A stretch of 64,000 nucleotides of DNA from Candidatus Gottesmanbacteria bacterium (GCA_963790805.1 CAWBPL010000002.1:892860-956859), one strand, 5' to 3'. Numbered from the stretch's first letter, positions 8,799 to 18,349 are shown. A program made the numbers and translations. The notes: generated by a model from the sequence alone, not told the origin.

Positions 8799-9744
8799 GC
8801 TGCGTGTATATCTCTTGAAATAAGAAAACGAAATGTTCAAGAGGTCGAGGTGGCGCTCCGGCAAAATACGGATCAATTGAAGGATCGAGTACGTCTTGGT
8901 TTCCCGTAACGGTGAATTGTTTTCGTTTGCCTAAAAAATCGATACTTGAAATAACCATCGGAACCGACGGGTCAATATACAAAGCGCGTGTCAGAGACGT
9001 AGAAAGGTTGAGGCTGCCTGCAATATCGCGTACATTCGGTGTATTTGCTACGTACGCTGCGGCGTCTTTTTGGGAAATGTGTTGCATTTTATATGACATA
9101 TCCACTTGGGTATATAGCTGGATCCAACGGCCCCAACGACTGGATTGTATAGGGACTTTCGCGACAATTCCGGTTATGGCGGTGACTCGTTTATCACTAA
9201 GACGCGCTATCATTGTTATTGCTTCGGCTTGGTTTTTCGGCTTTTCTCGGGGCATTGATTCCCCATCTATCCAAGTTACCGTGTCCATAGTCACCATGGG
9301 TATTGGCGCTGTTAGTCCTGTTGTACTGGGTTGTTTGTCATATGCGACAAGGACAGGGTAACTTGTTGAAGAAAGTGGAAGTTCCCGAATTTTTTGGTGA
9401 ATGATAGTTTCATCTTTGTCCGGATTGCGTTGGTTCGGTATCAATCCGGCTCGGCGTATAATATCTGCGCTCATCAGCCACTTTTGCTGCGATGTTGTCA
9501 GGATGTCTACCTGTGTAATACATGTTTCTTTCCACGAGCCGTCGCCTTTTGTGGACCACATCAGAGAATGTCCATACAACGCGGAAGTTGACTTTTCTGC
9601 CCATTCGTTTTCAAGGAGTCGTTGAAGACTCCCAAGGTCTTTGTAATTTTGAAACAATTCATCCGGCCAAAAAAATCGGTTCAGGGTATCTGAGAACGAA
9701 GATGCGTCAATTTGATTATCCTGACCGGATTCCGAGAGTGCCAT
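8791..9744 (-). CDS. Divergent Maf-like (nucleoside triphosphate pyrophosphatase fold) protein with an ~85-aa N-terminal extension
   Basis: By-eye alignment to Maf: VTMDTVTWIDGESMPREKPKNQAEAITMIARLSDKRVTAITGI versus the Maf pattern GaDTvV.ldg.ilgKPkd..eA..mL..LSGr.H.V.TGv. Further on, ISQKDAAAYVANTPNVRDIAGS aligns with ls..eI..Yv.tgEp.DKAGa. Confidence 0.45.
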   Translation of the reverse strand: MALSESGQDNQIDASSFSDTLNRFFWPDELFQNYKDLGSLQRLLENEWAEKSTSALYGHSLMWSTKGDGSWKETCITQVDILTTSQQKWLMSADIIRRAGLIPNQRNPDKDETIIHQKIRELPLSSTSYPVLVAYDKQPSTTGLTAPIPMVTMDTVTWIDGESMPREKPKNQAEAITMIARLSDKRVTAITGIVAKVPIQSSRWGRWIQLYTQVDMSYKMQHISQKDAAAYVANTPNVRDIAGSLNLSTSLTRALYIDPSVPMVISSIDFLGKRKQFTVTGNQDVLDPSIDPYFAGAPPRPLEHFVFLFQEIYTQLK

Positions 9745-9800
9745 ATTGGATAGCCATTATATCGCAATACAGCAAGATCGGTGTGTGATATGATAATTTT

Positions 9801-10484
9801 ATGACATTAGGTAAACTCATCGTATTTGAAGGCACGGACGGATCAGGCAAGGGGACGCAGCACCGGCTCCTTATTGAAGAATTTAAAAAACGTGCGATTC
9901 CGTTTGAAACTCTGGATTTTCCCCGCTATGGAGTATCGTTTTTCGGCGATCTCGCCGGTGAAATGCTCAAAGGTGAATTCGGAGGGATCGATGCGGTGCC
10001 ATCGAAACTCGCCGTTTTACCCTATGCCTGCGATCGCTGGCTTATAAAATCGGATCTTGAGCGCTGGTTGAATGAAGGGAAAATAGTGTTCAGCAACCGC
10101 TATACGGCTTCAAGCGCCGTGTATCAGGCGGCAAAGTTACCGGCTGACAAACAATCCGAATTCATAGATTGGGTGTATAAACTCGAACAGGAAGTGATAG
10201 GGCTTCCGCATGAGGATCTGGTTTTCTTTTTGCATTTGCCTATCGAAATTGCCGAGACGCTTGTTACCCAAAAAGTTTCCCGCAAATATTTGGGGGAGAA
10301 AAAGAAGGATATTTATGAAGAAAGCGGATCTATTCAAAGCGCTGTCAATACGCTCTACCAGACGCTTGCGCAAAAGAACCAAAACTGGAAAACCATTGAA
10401 TGTGTTGCCGGCGGAGTGCTTAAAAATCCAACAGAGATACATAATGATATACTTGACGAATTGGTGCGAAACGGAGTACTTTGA
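9801..10484 (+). CDS. tmk: Thymidylate kinase
   Basis: LIVFEGTDGSGKGTQ P-loop; DRW/..SS..YQ motifs; 227 aa. Confidence 0.9.
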   Translation: MTLGKLIVFEGTDGSGKGTQHRLLIEEFKKRAIPFETLDFPRYGVSFFGDLAGEMLKGEFGGIDAVPSKLAVLPYACDRWLIKSDLERWLNEGKIVFSNRYTASSAVYQAAKLPADKQSEFIDWVYKLEQEVIGLPHEDLVFFLHLPIEIAETLVTQKVSRKYLGEKKKDIYEESGSIQSAVNTLYQTLAQKNQNWKTIECVAGGVLKNPTEIHNDILDELVRNGVL

Positions 10485-10520
10485 GAGTAAATAGTCGTTC
10501 TTGCCCACCAAAACATCCAC

Positions 10521-11099
10521 ATGAAGAAAATGAGCCGATCCAAACGAGGACGTTTAACCGTTATAGCGGGTCCAATGTTCAGCGGAAAAACGAGTAAACT
10601 CGTTGCCATGGTTGAAGTATTCACCCGCATGGGGCACAAAGTGCTCACCGTCAAACCGAAACTCGATAACCGCTATGGCGGCAAGGAAGAAATTCATTCC
10701 CATGATCATAAAAAGACTCCCGCTATCATTGTTGATGGCGAGAAGCCGGAAGATATAATCGATAAAATCATTGCATCGGGTGCCGATAAAGTGATTTTTG
10801 ACGAGGTACAGTTTTTCGACAAAAAGAAAGTTCTTAAGGTCATTGAAGCCCTACGCAACAGAGGAATTCATGTCATTGCTGCAGGTCTTTTATACGATTA
10901 TCAGAGAAAACCCTTTGGCGCAACGCCTGATCTGATGGGTCTTGCCGATGAGAGGCTCGAGCTTTTTGCCATCTGCCAGCGGTGCGGGAGTCTGGCTCGT
11001 CAGACAGAGCGCGTTTCAGGAGGCAAAGGACAGATTGTTGTGGGAGCCGCCGGTATGTATATCGCTTCGTGCGACAAATGCCACAAAATATACAAATAA
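10521..11099 (+). CDS. tdk: Thymidine kinase
   Basis: GPMFSGKTS P-loop, FDEVQFF, and C-terminal zinc ligands CQRCG...CDKCH. Confidence 0.92.
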   Translation: MKKMSRSKRGRLTVIAGPMFSGKTSKLVAMVEVFTRMGHKVLTVKPKLDNRYGGKEEIHSHDHKKTPAIIVDGEKPEDIIDKIIASGADKVIFDEVQFFDKKKVLKVIEALRNRGIHVIAAGLLYDYQRKPFGATPDLMGLADERLELFAICQRCGSLARQTERVSGGKGQIVVGAAGMYIASCDKCHKIYK

Positions 11100-11114
11100 T
11101 GCTAAAATAGCTCC

Positions 11115-11705
11115 ATGCGCACCATCATTTATCTTGTCCGCCACGGCGACGTTCACAATCCCGATCAGGTTGTTTACGGCAGGTTGCCGAATTTCCCGTT
11201 AAGTGAAGAAGGGAAAAAACAGGCCCACAAATTAGGGAAACATCTTTCAACAAAAAAAATAGCAGCCATCTACGCCAGCCCGCTTGAGCGCACCCACGAA
11301 ACCGCATCAATTGTTGCATCGTATCACCCTGATTTGACCGTTTTTCACGATGAGCGGCTCCTTGAGGTTTGGGCTCCTCACTTTGAGGGGAAACCCGTTA
11401 AAGAGGCGGAAAAAGTCCATTGGGATTTCTACAGGCCGGAATTTACCATGACCGGTGACGAGAAGCTTGAAGATATTTGGGAACGGATGAGCGAGTTTAT
11501 CGATGACGCAATACGGAAGCATAAAGGCAAAGAAATTGTTATTGTTTCTCATGGAGATCCCATCATGGTCTCAATGGTCAAATATAAAGGGAAACGTTTG
11601 CATTTGCCGGCCATCCGCGGAGAAGAATATGTTGAAAAAGCAAACGGATTTATCCTCGTTTTTGATGGATTTAGAGCTATAGAAGTTGCTAAATTAGGCC
11701 TATAA
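11115..11705 (+). CDS. Histidine phosphatase family protein (phosphoglycerate-mutase-like)
   Basis: RHG motif (IIYLVRHGD) and a later SHGD motif. Confidence 0.8.
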   Translation: MRTIIYLVRHGDVHNPDQVVYGRLPNFPLSEEGKKQAHKLGKHLSTKKIAAIYASPLERTHETASIVASYHPDLTVFHDERLLEVWAPHFEGKPVKEAEKVHWDFYRPEFTMTGDEKLEDIWERMSEFIDDAIRKHKGKEIVIVSHGDPIMVSMVKYKGKRLHLPAIRGEEYVEKANGFILVFDGFRAIEVAKLGL

Positions 11706-11742
11706 GATTTGACACATCACTTCAAAAAGAGTATACTGGAAT

Positions 11743-12729
11743 ATGGTTCAGAAAACTCCTTCGTACCTCACCGATTTAGTTGATTTACACCTCCATTTGG
11801 GTTCCGCCTCTACGCCGCACTTTCTTTGGGAACTTGCCCATGAACAGGGCATCCGGTTATCGCAAAAGGACTACTGGACGTTTATACACTCCATCACCAT
11901 CAAGGAACAAACCACTTACGACAATTACCTCTCGTTTTTTACTATAACAGAACTTATTCAATCGTCAACGTATGCCATTGAACGCTGTGCCCACAAAGCG
12001 GTGTCCCGCGCGTATCGAAAGGGCAATATTGGAACTCTTGAAATCCGGTTTAATCCGATGCTACGGAATAAAAGCGGGGAACAGGATCTTGATAAAATTA
12101 TTTTCGGCGCACTTGTGGGCATGAAGCGCGCCTGCATGGAATATCCGGTGCAAGCAGGGCTCATCCTTATGATGGACCGGCGGTTTACCAAAGCGCAAAA
12201 TGACATTATAGCCGGCAAAGCTGCGCGGTTTGCGCGTGAGGGAGTGGTGGGACTGGATATCGCAGGACCAATTAATAAGGATTTTCATGTAAAAGATCTT
12301 GTGGATGCCGTCGCAATTGCGCGCGAAGCCGGACTTAAAATAACGATCCATACGGGGGAAGTGACGCCGGTATCGGAGATGTGGGAAGTCGTACGGCTCC
12401 TTGCTCCTGATCGAATCGGCCACGGCATCCGCGCAGTTGACGATCCGAAACTTATGAAGTATTTGGGCGAGCACAGAATTGCGCTTGAAGTGTGTCCGAC
12501 ATCCAATGTACAGACGAGCGCCGTGAAAAACTGGGACGAAATTGGCGCCATTATCAAAACGCTGAAAAAATATGAAGTGCCGTTTACCATAAATTCCGAC
12601 GGTCCGGAATTACTCGCTACCAACGTGAAGGAAGAATTTATGCGCCTCGTGGAAAAAAAGATTCTGACGGAAAATGACGTCTTTACCTGCACGAAAACAG
12701 CCAAGGATGTTTCGTTTCTTGTGAGATAG
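11743..12729 (+). CDS. add: Adenosine deaminase family protein
   Basis: DLHLHLGS metal site, ..HTGE.., IGHGIR, and a SDGP-type C-terminal motif (INSDGP). Confidence 0.8.
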   Translation: MVQKTPSYLTDLVDLHLHLGSASTPHFLWELAHEQGIRLSQKDYWTFIHSITIKEQTTYDNYLSFFTITELIQSSTYAIERCAHKAVSRAYRKGNIGTLEIRFNPMLRNKSGEQDLDKIIFGALVGMKRACMEYPVQAGLILMMDRRFTKAQNDIIAGKAARFAREGVVGLDIAGPINKDFHVKDLVDAVAIAREAGLKITIHTGEVTPVSEMWEVVRLLAPDRIGHGIRAVDDPKLMKYLGEHRIALEVCPTSNVQTSAVKNWDEIGAIIKTLKKYEVPFTINSDGPELLATNVKEEFMRLVEKKILTENDVFTCTKTAKDVSFLVR

Positions 12730-12742
12730 GAGGGAAAGGTAT

Positions 12743-13834
12743 ATGGATAATGAAAATAAAATTGTTATGGAAGGTATAACATTTGATGATATTTTGCTTA
12801 CCCCCGGTTTTACGGATTTTAAGCGTGCAGACGTTGATCTGACGACCATTTTAAGTCCCTCGATTACGTTAAAGCTTCCGATTGTTTCCTCGCCCATGGA
12901 CACAGTAACGGAAGAGCCGATGGCGAGAGCAATCGCGAAAGCCGGAGGAATCGGAATTATTCATAGAAATTTATCGATTCACGATCAGGCGCAGGTGGTC
13001 GCTCATATTAAAAAAGATGGGCTCATGGTTGGAGCCGCAGTCGGCGCCGGATCGGATTTTGAAGAGCGCGTTAAAGCGCTTGTCGGGGCGGGAGTCACGC
13101 TTATCGTTGTTGATTCAGGTCACGGAAATACCAAATTCGTCATTGATTCGGTTCGCTTTATCAAAAAAAATTATCCGTCGATGGTTATCATGGCCGGAAA
13201 TGTTGCGACCTTTGACGGGGCAGCGCGGCTTATTGAAGCGGGCGCCAATATTCTTCGCGTCGGCATGGGGCCGGGAAGTATTTGCACTACGAGAATTATA
13301 AGCGGTATGGGAGTTCCGCAGATTACTGCGATTATTGAGGCGGTCAAGGCTGCGAAGGGCAAGAACGTTACGATTGTTGCAGACGGCGGCATCAGGCAAA
13401 TCGGTGATATGGCTAAGGCATTCGGCGTGGGAGCACATGCCGTCATGCTCGGTAGTTTGCTTGCCGGATTTGATGAATCGCCGGGTAGCGTAGTCTTTAT
13501 GAACGGTAAAAAATACAAACACTATCGCGGCATGGGATCAGTTGCCGCCATGAAAAAGGGGAGCGCAGAGCGCTATGGCCAATCAAAAGAAACAGTTGAA
13601 AAAAAGCTCATTTCAGAAGGCGTTGAGGGCTTGGTAAAATACCGCGGATCGGTCGACGAGTATTTGGATCAGGTTGCAGGGAGCCTGCGATCTTCTTTTT
13701 ACTACGTCGGCGCCAAAACATTTCCTGAATTTCAGAAGAAGGCGCGGTTTGTCAGGATTACTCCCGCAAGTCTTATTGAAAGCCATCCGCATAGCATCAT
13801 CGTTGCCGATGCCGGCACAAACTACACTCTCTGA
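12743..13834 (+). CDS. guaB: IMP dehydrogenase family protein lacking the CBS (Bateman) subdomain
   Basis: [12 protein letters not shown].., catalytic loop [11 protein letters not shown], and flap [18 protein letters not shown]. At 363 aa, a short linker (..[14 protein letters not shown]) sits where the CBS pair normally lies. Confidence 0.8.
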   Translation: MDNENKIVMEGITFDDILLTPGFTDFKRADVDLTTILSPSITLKLPIVSSPMDTVTEEPMARAIAKAGGIGIIHRNLSIHDQAQVVAHIKKDGLMVGAAVGAGSDFEERVKALVGAGVTLIVVDSGHGNTKFVIDSVRFIKKNYPSMVIMAGNVATFDGAARLIEAGANILRVGMGPGSICTTRIISGMGVPQITAIIEAVKAAKGKNVTIVADGGIRQIGDMAKAFGVGAHAVMLGSLLAGFDESPGSVVFMNGKKYKHYRGMGSVAAMKKGSAERYGQSKETVEKKLISEGVEGLVKYRGSVDEYLDQVAGSLRSSFYYVGAKTFPEFQKKARFVRITPASLIESHPHSIIVADAGTNYTL

Positions 13835-13965
13835 CATTTCTTTCTTGCAAACGCAAAAGAGATCCACTATTATGGGTATAAATCTATGATCTGACAACTT
13901 CTCGTTATCCTCTGTTCTTGTTCTTTCTCATCTGCCCGTGGTATTTTTAATAAAGGAGACTACCT

Positions 13966-15288
13966 ATGAAAACGTTACAACAAACAGATCCGGAGATCGC
14001 GAACCTTATTCAGTCTGAGAGTAAAAGACAGCAAGATGTTTTGGAAATGATTCCGAGCGAGAATTATGCATCACCGGCGGTGCGCGAAGCTGTGGGAAGT
14101 ATTCTCATGAATAAGTATTCAGAAGGGTATGCGAATAGACGCTACTATCAGGGCAACAAGTTTATTGATACGGTCGAAGAATTCGCCATTGAACGGACGA
14201 AAAAACTTTTTAAAGTTCCGTTTGCGAACGTCCAGCCGTATTCCGGATCTCCGGCCAATGCGGCGGTATATTTTGCGCTTCTCCAACCCTGTGACAAAAT
14301 TATGGGACTTAAACTTTCGGGCGGGGGACACTTGACCCATGGCCACCCGAATGTCTCATTTTCCGGTAAATATTTTACGTCCGTGCAATTTGACGTTGAA
14401 CCCGACGGATGGATTGATATGGATAAGGTGGCGGCACTGGCGAAACAGGAAAAACCCCGGATCCTCGCGATCGGAACAACGGCATATCCGCGGTTTTTAG
14501 AATGGAAGAAATTTAAAGCAATCGCCGATTCCGTCGGAGCCTTTCTTTTGGCAGATATTTCTCATGTTGCCGGCATGGTTGTCGCCGGCGCATATCCGTC
14601 ACCTGTTCCATACGTTGATGTGGTCATGTTCACCACACATAAGACGATGCGGGGACCTCGCGGAGCGGTACTATTGGTGACCGATTTGGGGTTAAAAAAA
14701 GATCCCGACATGGGTAAAAAAATTGACCGTGCCGTGTTTCCCGGTTTGCAGGGGGGGCCACATGACAACGTCACTGCCGCAATCGCCGTTGCCATGAAAG
14801 AGGCAGATACTGCGAAATTCAAGGCATATGGCCAACAGATTACAAAAAACGCAAAAGCTCTTGCCAGTGAGCTCCAGAAAAGAGGATTGACGCTTACGAC
14901 AGGGGGCACCGATAGTCATCTTGTCGTTTTGGATTTGCGAAAGGAAGGCGTGATCGGCAATATTGTGGCTGAAGGCTTGGAAGTTGCTCATATCGTTGCC
15001 AATTACAATACCGTACCGCATGATATCAATCCGCCGATGTATCCATCGGGGGTCAGGTTAGGTACGCCCATTGTGACAACCCGCGGCATGAAGGAAAAAG
15101 ATATGGAAGCGATCGCGGATTGGATTGGTGCTGTGGTAAAAGAGGTGTCACATTACCGACTGCCGGGGCCCAAAGAGGAGCGCGGTCCGTTTCTCAAAAA
15201 GGTCAAGGGCGAGTTATGGAAAAACACTAAGCTTCTTTCCATTGCGCGCGAAGTTTCAGCGTTTTGTAAAAAATTTCCGGTGCCATAA
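13966..15288 (+). CDS. glyA: Serine hydroxymethyltransferase
   Basis: ..EMIPSENY.., YSEGYANRRYYQG, and TTHKTMRGPRG (PLP lysine); SD sequence AAAGGAG upstream. Confidence 0.97.
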   Translation: MKTLQQTDPEIANLIQSESKRQQDVLEMIPSENYASPAVREAVGSILMNKYSEGYANRRYYQGNKFIDTVEEFAIERTKKLFKVPFANVQPYSGSPANAAVYFALLQPCDKIMGLKLSGGGHLTHGHPNVSFSGKYFTSVQFDVEPDGWIDMDKVAALAKQEKPRILAIGTTAYPRFLEWKKFKAIADSVGAFLLADISHVAGMVVAGAYPSPVPYVDVVMFTTHKTMRGPRGAVLLVTDLGLKKDPDMGKKIDRAVFPGLQGGPHDNVTAAIAVAMKEADTAKFKAYGQQITKNAKALASELQKRGLTLTTGGTDSHLVVLDLRKEGVIGNIVAEGLEVAHIVANYNTVPHDINPPMYPSGVRLGTPIVTTRGMKEKDMEAIADWIGAVVKEVSHYRLPGPKEERGPFLKKVKGELWKNTKLLSIAREVSAFCKKFPVP

Positions 15289-15304
15289 CGATTTGTATAG
15301 GTTG

Positions 15305-15769
15305 TTATCCCTGCGGCATGGCGAGGCGCTCTTGGAAATACGATTTAAACGGTTCGGGAGTCGGTTTTCCGATTTTATTCAAATAATCCGTCATGCGCAG
15401 GACAATATACATATTGCGTTCCTCAAGTGCCTGATTGTAGGAGCCGTTTTTAAATCCAGTGACCATATCCGATAAGAGAATGCGTATTTTTTCTTCATCA
15501 ATTGTTCCGTTTTGGTTTTCTCCCCGTTCTAGGAGCGCCCGTTTTTCTTCTACTTCTTGGATTAAATGAGATTTTTGCTTGTTTTGATCGTCTTTTGCCC
15601 AATCGGTACACCACTCATTCATGAGTTGAACAACAGCCGTGTTAATGCGATCGCGGCCGGGCGGAATAGCTAACAGAGACTCGGTTTTCAGCCGCTGGGG
15701 AATATCATCAAAACTTAGAGCGTCAATAAAGGCATTATGGACGGTATTGAAATCCGTTAAATTTGCCAT
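15305..15769 (-). CDS. Hypothetical protein (154 aa, soluble, acidic)
   Basis: It is the only long ORF in this interval and its composition looks coding. I recognised no family. Confidence 0.5.
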   Translation of the reverse strand: MANLTDFNTVHNAFIDALSFDDIPQRLKTESLLAIPPGRDRINTAVVQLMNEWCTDWAKDDQNKQKSHLIQEVEEKRALLERGENQNGTIDEEKIRILLSDMVTGFKNGSYNQALEERNMYIVLRMTDYLNKIGKPTPEPFKSYFQERLAMPQG

Positions 15770-15909
15770 GCCAACCTTGTTCCTTTGTATATATTATACA
15801 CTATAAGGATAAAAAAAGTCACATTTGTTACAGTATGCGTACAGAATGCCGTATTGTTTGTAATGTAGCTTACAGATAATATTTGTATAAAGAGGTTAAC
15901 TTGTTATAT

Positions 15910-16203
15910 ATGGTAACAAAATTTAATTCCCACATAAATCCTATAAAAATTGCCCTGTTTGTTGCGTTCGGAATAATAGCGCTGGCGGTAGCGTATAAAG
16001 CGATGAGTACGCAAACGAATACAAAATCTAATGCATATAGTCCAACGGACTACACAAAATGCGGTCCCATGGTAAACGGGAAACAACTCTGTGTATCTTC
16101 ATCAAATCCGAAGATAACACAGACGTTAAAATCAACTTTTCAGGTAATAACGCCGGCTCCTGCCAAATCACGTTACGTACCCTCTTCAAAGAGGAAAAAA
16201 TAA
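15910..16203 (+). CDS. Hypothetical small membrane-anchored protein
   Basis: ATG at 15910 follows AAGAGG. One TM helix (IALFVAFGIIALAVAY) is followed by an extracytoplasmic tail. Confidence 0.45.
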   Translation: MVTKFNSHINPIKIALFVAFGIIALAVAYKAMSTQTNTKSNAYSPTDYTKCGPMVNGKQLCVSSSNPKITQTLKSTFQVITPAPAKSRYVPSSKRKK

Positions 16204-16234
16204 AAACTCTCTTATCCTCGTATTTTAGAGCGTA

Positions 16235-16263
16235 TTGCAAACTGTTTGATTTGACGGTATAAT
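16235..16263 (+). promoter_or_regulatory. Near-consensus sigma70 promoter upstream of rpsB
   Basis: TTGCAA (16235-16240), a 17-nt spacer, then TATAAT (16258-16263). Confidence 0.55.
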
Positions 16264-16357
16264 ACCCGTATTATTCGCACTCAATAAGCTATCTCTTGTC
16301 CGAGTGAGATCGGACCATTGAGTGTTTGTTTAAAGAGATACGCATAAAGGTCTTTTT

Positions 16358-16390
16358 AGCACCGGCGTATCGGTGCTTTTTTTATTTTTT
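16358..16390 (+). terminator. Intrinsic terminator/attenuator hairpin ending 6 nt before the rpsB start codon
   Basis: A 7-bp stem AGCACCG/CGGTGCT (16358-16364 / 16371-16377) with a 6-nt loop is followed by TTTTTTTATTTTTT. Confidence 0.6.
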
Positions 16391-16395
16391 ACATT

Positions 16396-17265
16396 ATGGA
16401 ACAGATCACGTTGCAGGCATTATTGGAAGCAGGTTGTCATTTCGGGCACAAATCAGAGCGCTGGCACCCGAAGGCCTCACAATTTATTTATACGGAAAAA
16501 GACGGTATTCACATTATTGATCTTGCGAAAACGAAAGCAGGATTAGAAACGGCCGGTGAATACATTAGAACAACGGTAGCAAGGGGCGGAGAAGTTTTGT
16601 TCGTCGGCACCAAGCGTCAGGCGCGTGCAATTCTAAAACAGGAAGCCGAGGCCGTGGGAGCTCCATATTTTTCCGAGCGGTGGATCGGCGGGTTTTTAAC
16701 AAACTGGGATCAGGTCCGGAAAAATATCGAAAAGATCAATAGAATGACCGAAGAACAGGCGCACGACGGCTGGAAAAAATTTCCTAAACATGAAAGAACC
16801 AAAATGGCCCGTTACCTTGCCCGAATAAAGACGTATTACGGCGGAGTCCTCAAACTTACCGATATTCCGACAGCAGTATTTGTCGTTGACGTGAAGAAAG
16901 AAATAGCGTCCGTTCGCGAGGCTATGCGTCGCGGAGTGCCGATTGTCGGCGTTGTGGATACCAATTCAGATCCAACGGGTATAGATTACGTCATTCCGGC
17001 AAATGATGATGCTGTGGGATCCGTGACTCTTATCGTTCACTATATAACTCAGGCATATAAAGAGGGGAAAGAATCATGGGCGAAACAAAACGAAGAGCTT
17101 CGAATGAAAAATGAAGAAGCTAAAAAGAAACAGGAAGCAGAAGCTGCCGCCAAAATGACTGTACAGTCAGAAGAAAAGCGGCTCGCTGAAGAAAAAGCAA
17201 AACAAAAAAATACGGTTGTTGAGAAGAAACCAGAAGACGTACAATCAAAGAAAGCGAAAAAATAA
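16396..17265 (+). CDS. rpsB: 30S ribosomal protein S2 with a Lys/Glu-rich C-terminal extension
   Basis: LLEAGCHFGHKSERWHPK.. is the S2 signature. A ~50-aa KE-rich tail follows. Confidence 0.95.
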   Translation: MEQITLQALLEAGCHFGHKSERWHPKASQFIYTEKDGIHIIDLAKTKAGLETAGEYIRTTVARGGEVLFVGTKRQARAILKQEAEAVGAPYFSERWIGGFLTNWDQVRKNIEKINRMTEEQAHDGWKKFPKHERTKMARYLARIKTYYGGVLKLTDIPTAVFVVDVKKEIASVREAMRRGVPIVGVVDTNSDPTGIDYVIPANDDAVGSVTLIVHYITQAYKEGKESWAKQNEELRMKNEEAKKKQEAEAAAKMTVQSEEKRLAEEKAKQKNTVVEKKPEDVQSKKAKK

Positions 17266-17266
17266 T

Positions 17267-17728
17267 ATGGTGCAGGTTTCATTGGAACAGTTGAAAAAGC
17301 TCCGCGCGGAAACATCGGCCGGCGTTTCTGATTGCCGACAGGCTCTTGAAGATGCCAATGGAGATTACGCGAAGGCGAAAAAACTTCTTATTGAGCGTGG
17401 AGTTGAAAAAGCCGCAAAGCGGAAAGATCGCGTCGCTTCTCAAGGCGTCGTCGAATCGTATGTGCATGCAAATGGCAAAGTCGGCGTACTCGTGGTACTC
17501 AATTGCGAGACGGATTTTGTGGCGCGCACCGACGAATTCAAAAAACTTGCACATGAATTAGCGCTTCAGGTAGCTGCGATGAATCCGAAAGATGTCAAAG
17601 CGCTACTCGCGAGTCCCTATATCCGCGATCAAGCGGTTACTATAGAAAATCTCGTGAAACAGACGATTGCAAAAACCGGCGAGAATATTACCATCGGACG
17701 ATTTACGCGTCTGGCGCTCGGCGAATAA
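17267..17728 (+). CDS. tsf: Translation elongation factor Ts (short form, ~153 aa)
   Basis: LKKLRAETSAGVSDCRQALEDANGDYAKA (UBA-like N-domain) and ..LNCETDFVART.. are present. The ATG lies 1 nt after the rpsB stop. Confidence 0.9.
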   Translation: MVQVSLEQLKKLRAETSAGVSDCRQALEDANGDYAKAKKLLIERGVEKAAKRKDRVASQGVVESYVHANGKVGVLVVLNCETDFVARTDEFKKLAHELALQVAAMNPKDVKALLASPYIRDQAVTIENLVKQTIAKTGENITIGRFTRLALGE

Positions 17729-17785
17729 AAATCCCGTAAGTTCTTCTTGACGGAACTGGCGCGGTATCCTAAGATAGGTCCAACA

Positions 17786-18349
17786 ATGATCGATTCAGTT
17801 ATAAACAAAGCGCGTGACCATATGAAAAAAGCTCTCGAGGTCACGAGTCAGGATATCGCAGGCATTCGTTCCGGCCGCGCCACCCCCGCACTTGTAGAAA
17901 ATATTGTGATTGCGTGTTATGGCGGTAGTCAGCATCTCAAACTTATGGAAATGGCAACGATAACGACTATGGATGCAAAGACCATCGTCATCGCGCCGTA
18001 TGACCCCTCTGTTATTGATGAAATTGAAAAAGGCATTATGGAGGCAAACCGCGGACTTACCCCTGTCGTTGACGGAGAACTTATCAGGATTTCCATACCG
18101 CCGCTTTCTGAAGAACGGCGTCAGGAATACATTAAGCTTGCCAAGGTTAAACTGGAAGCGGGCCGCGTCATGATCCGGCAGATTCGTCATGAAGCCATGC
18201 ACACGCTCAAAAAGCTTTCCGACGATAAAACAATTTCCGAAGACGAACAAAAGCACGGTGAACGTCTCACTCAGGAATTGACGGACGAAATGATTGCCGA
18301 AATCGACAGTTTTGGAGCCAAAAAAGAGGCGGAGCTCCTGCAGGTATAA
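17786..18349 (+). CDS. frr: Ribosome recycling factor
   Basis: ..IRSGRATPALVENI.. and ..IPPLSEERRQEYIKLAK.. are Frr signatures. Confidence 0.93.
   Translation: MIDSVINKARDHMKKALEVTSQDIAGIRSGRATPALVENIVIACYGGSQHLKLMEMATITTMDAKTIVIAPYDPSVIDEIEKGIMEANRGLTPVVDGELIRISIPPLSEERRQEYIKLAKVKLEAGRVMIRQIRHEAMHTLKKLSDDKTISEDEQKHGERLTQELTDEMIAEIDSFGAKKEAELLQV

Noticed and set aside
13835-13965. Possible ZTP/THF riboswitch upstream of glyA, and SAM-type riboswitches upstream of ahcY and DUF62 (27014-27067, 28391-28479).
   Set aside because: None of the conserved cores is visible (for example CCGCCUGGG for ZTP). The glyA upstream region looks like an ordinary TTGCAA-17-TATTAT promoter plus an SD.
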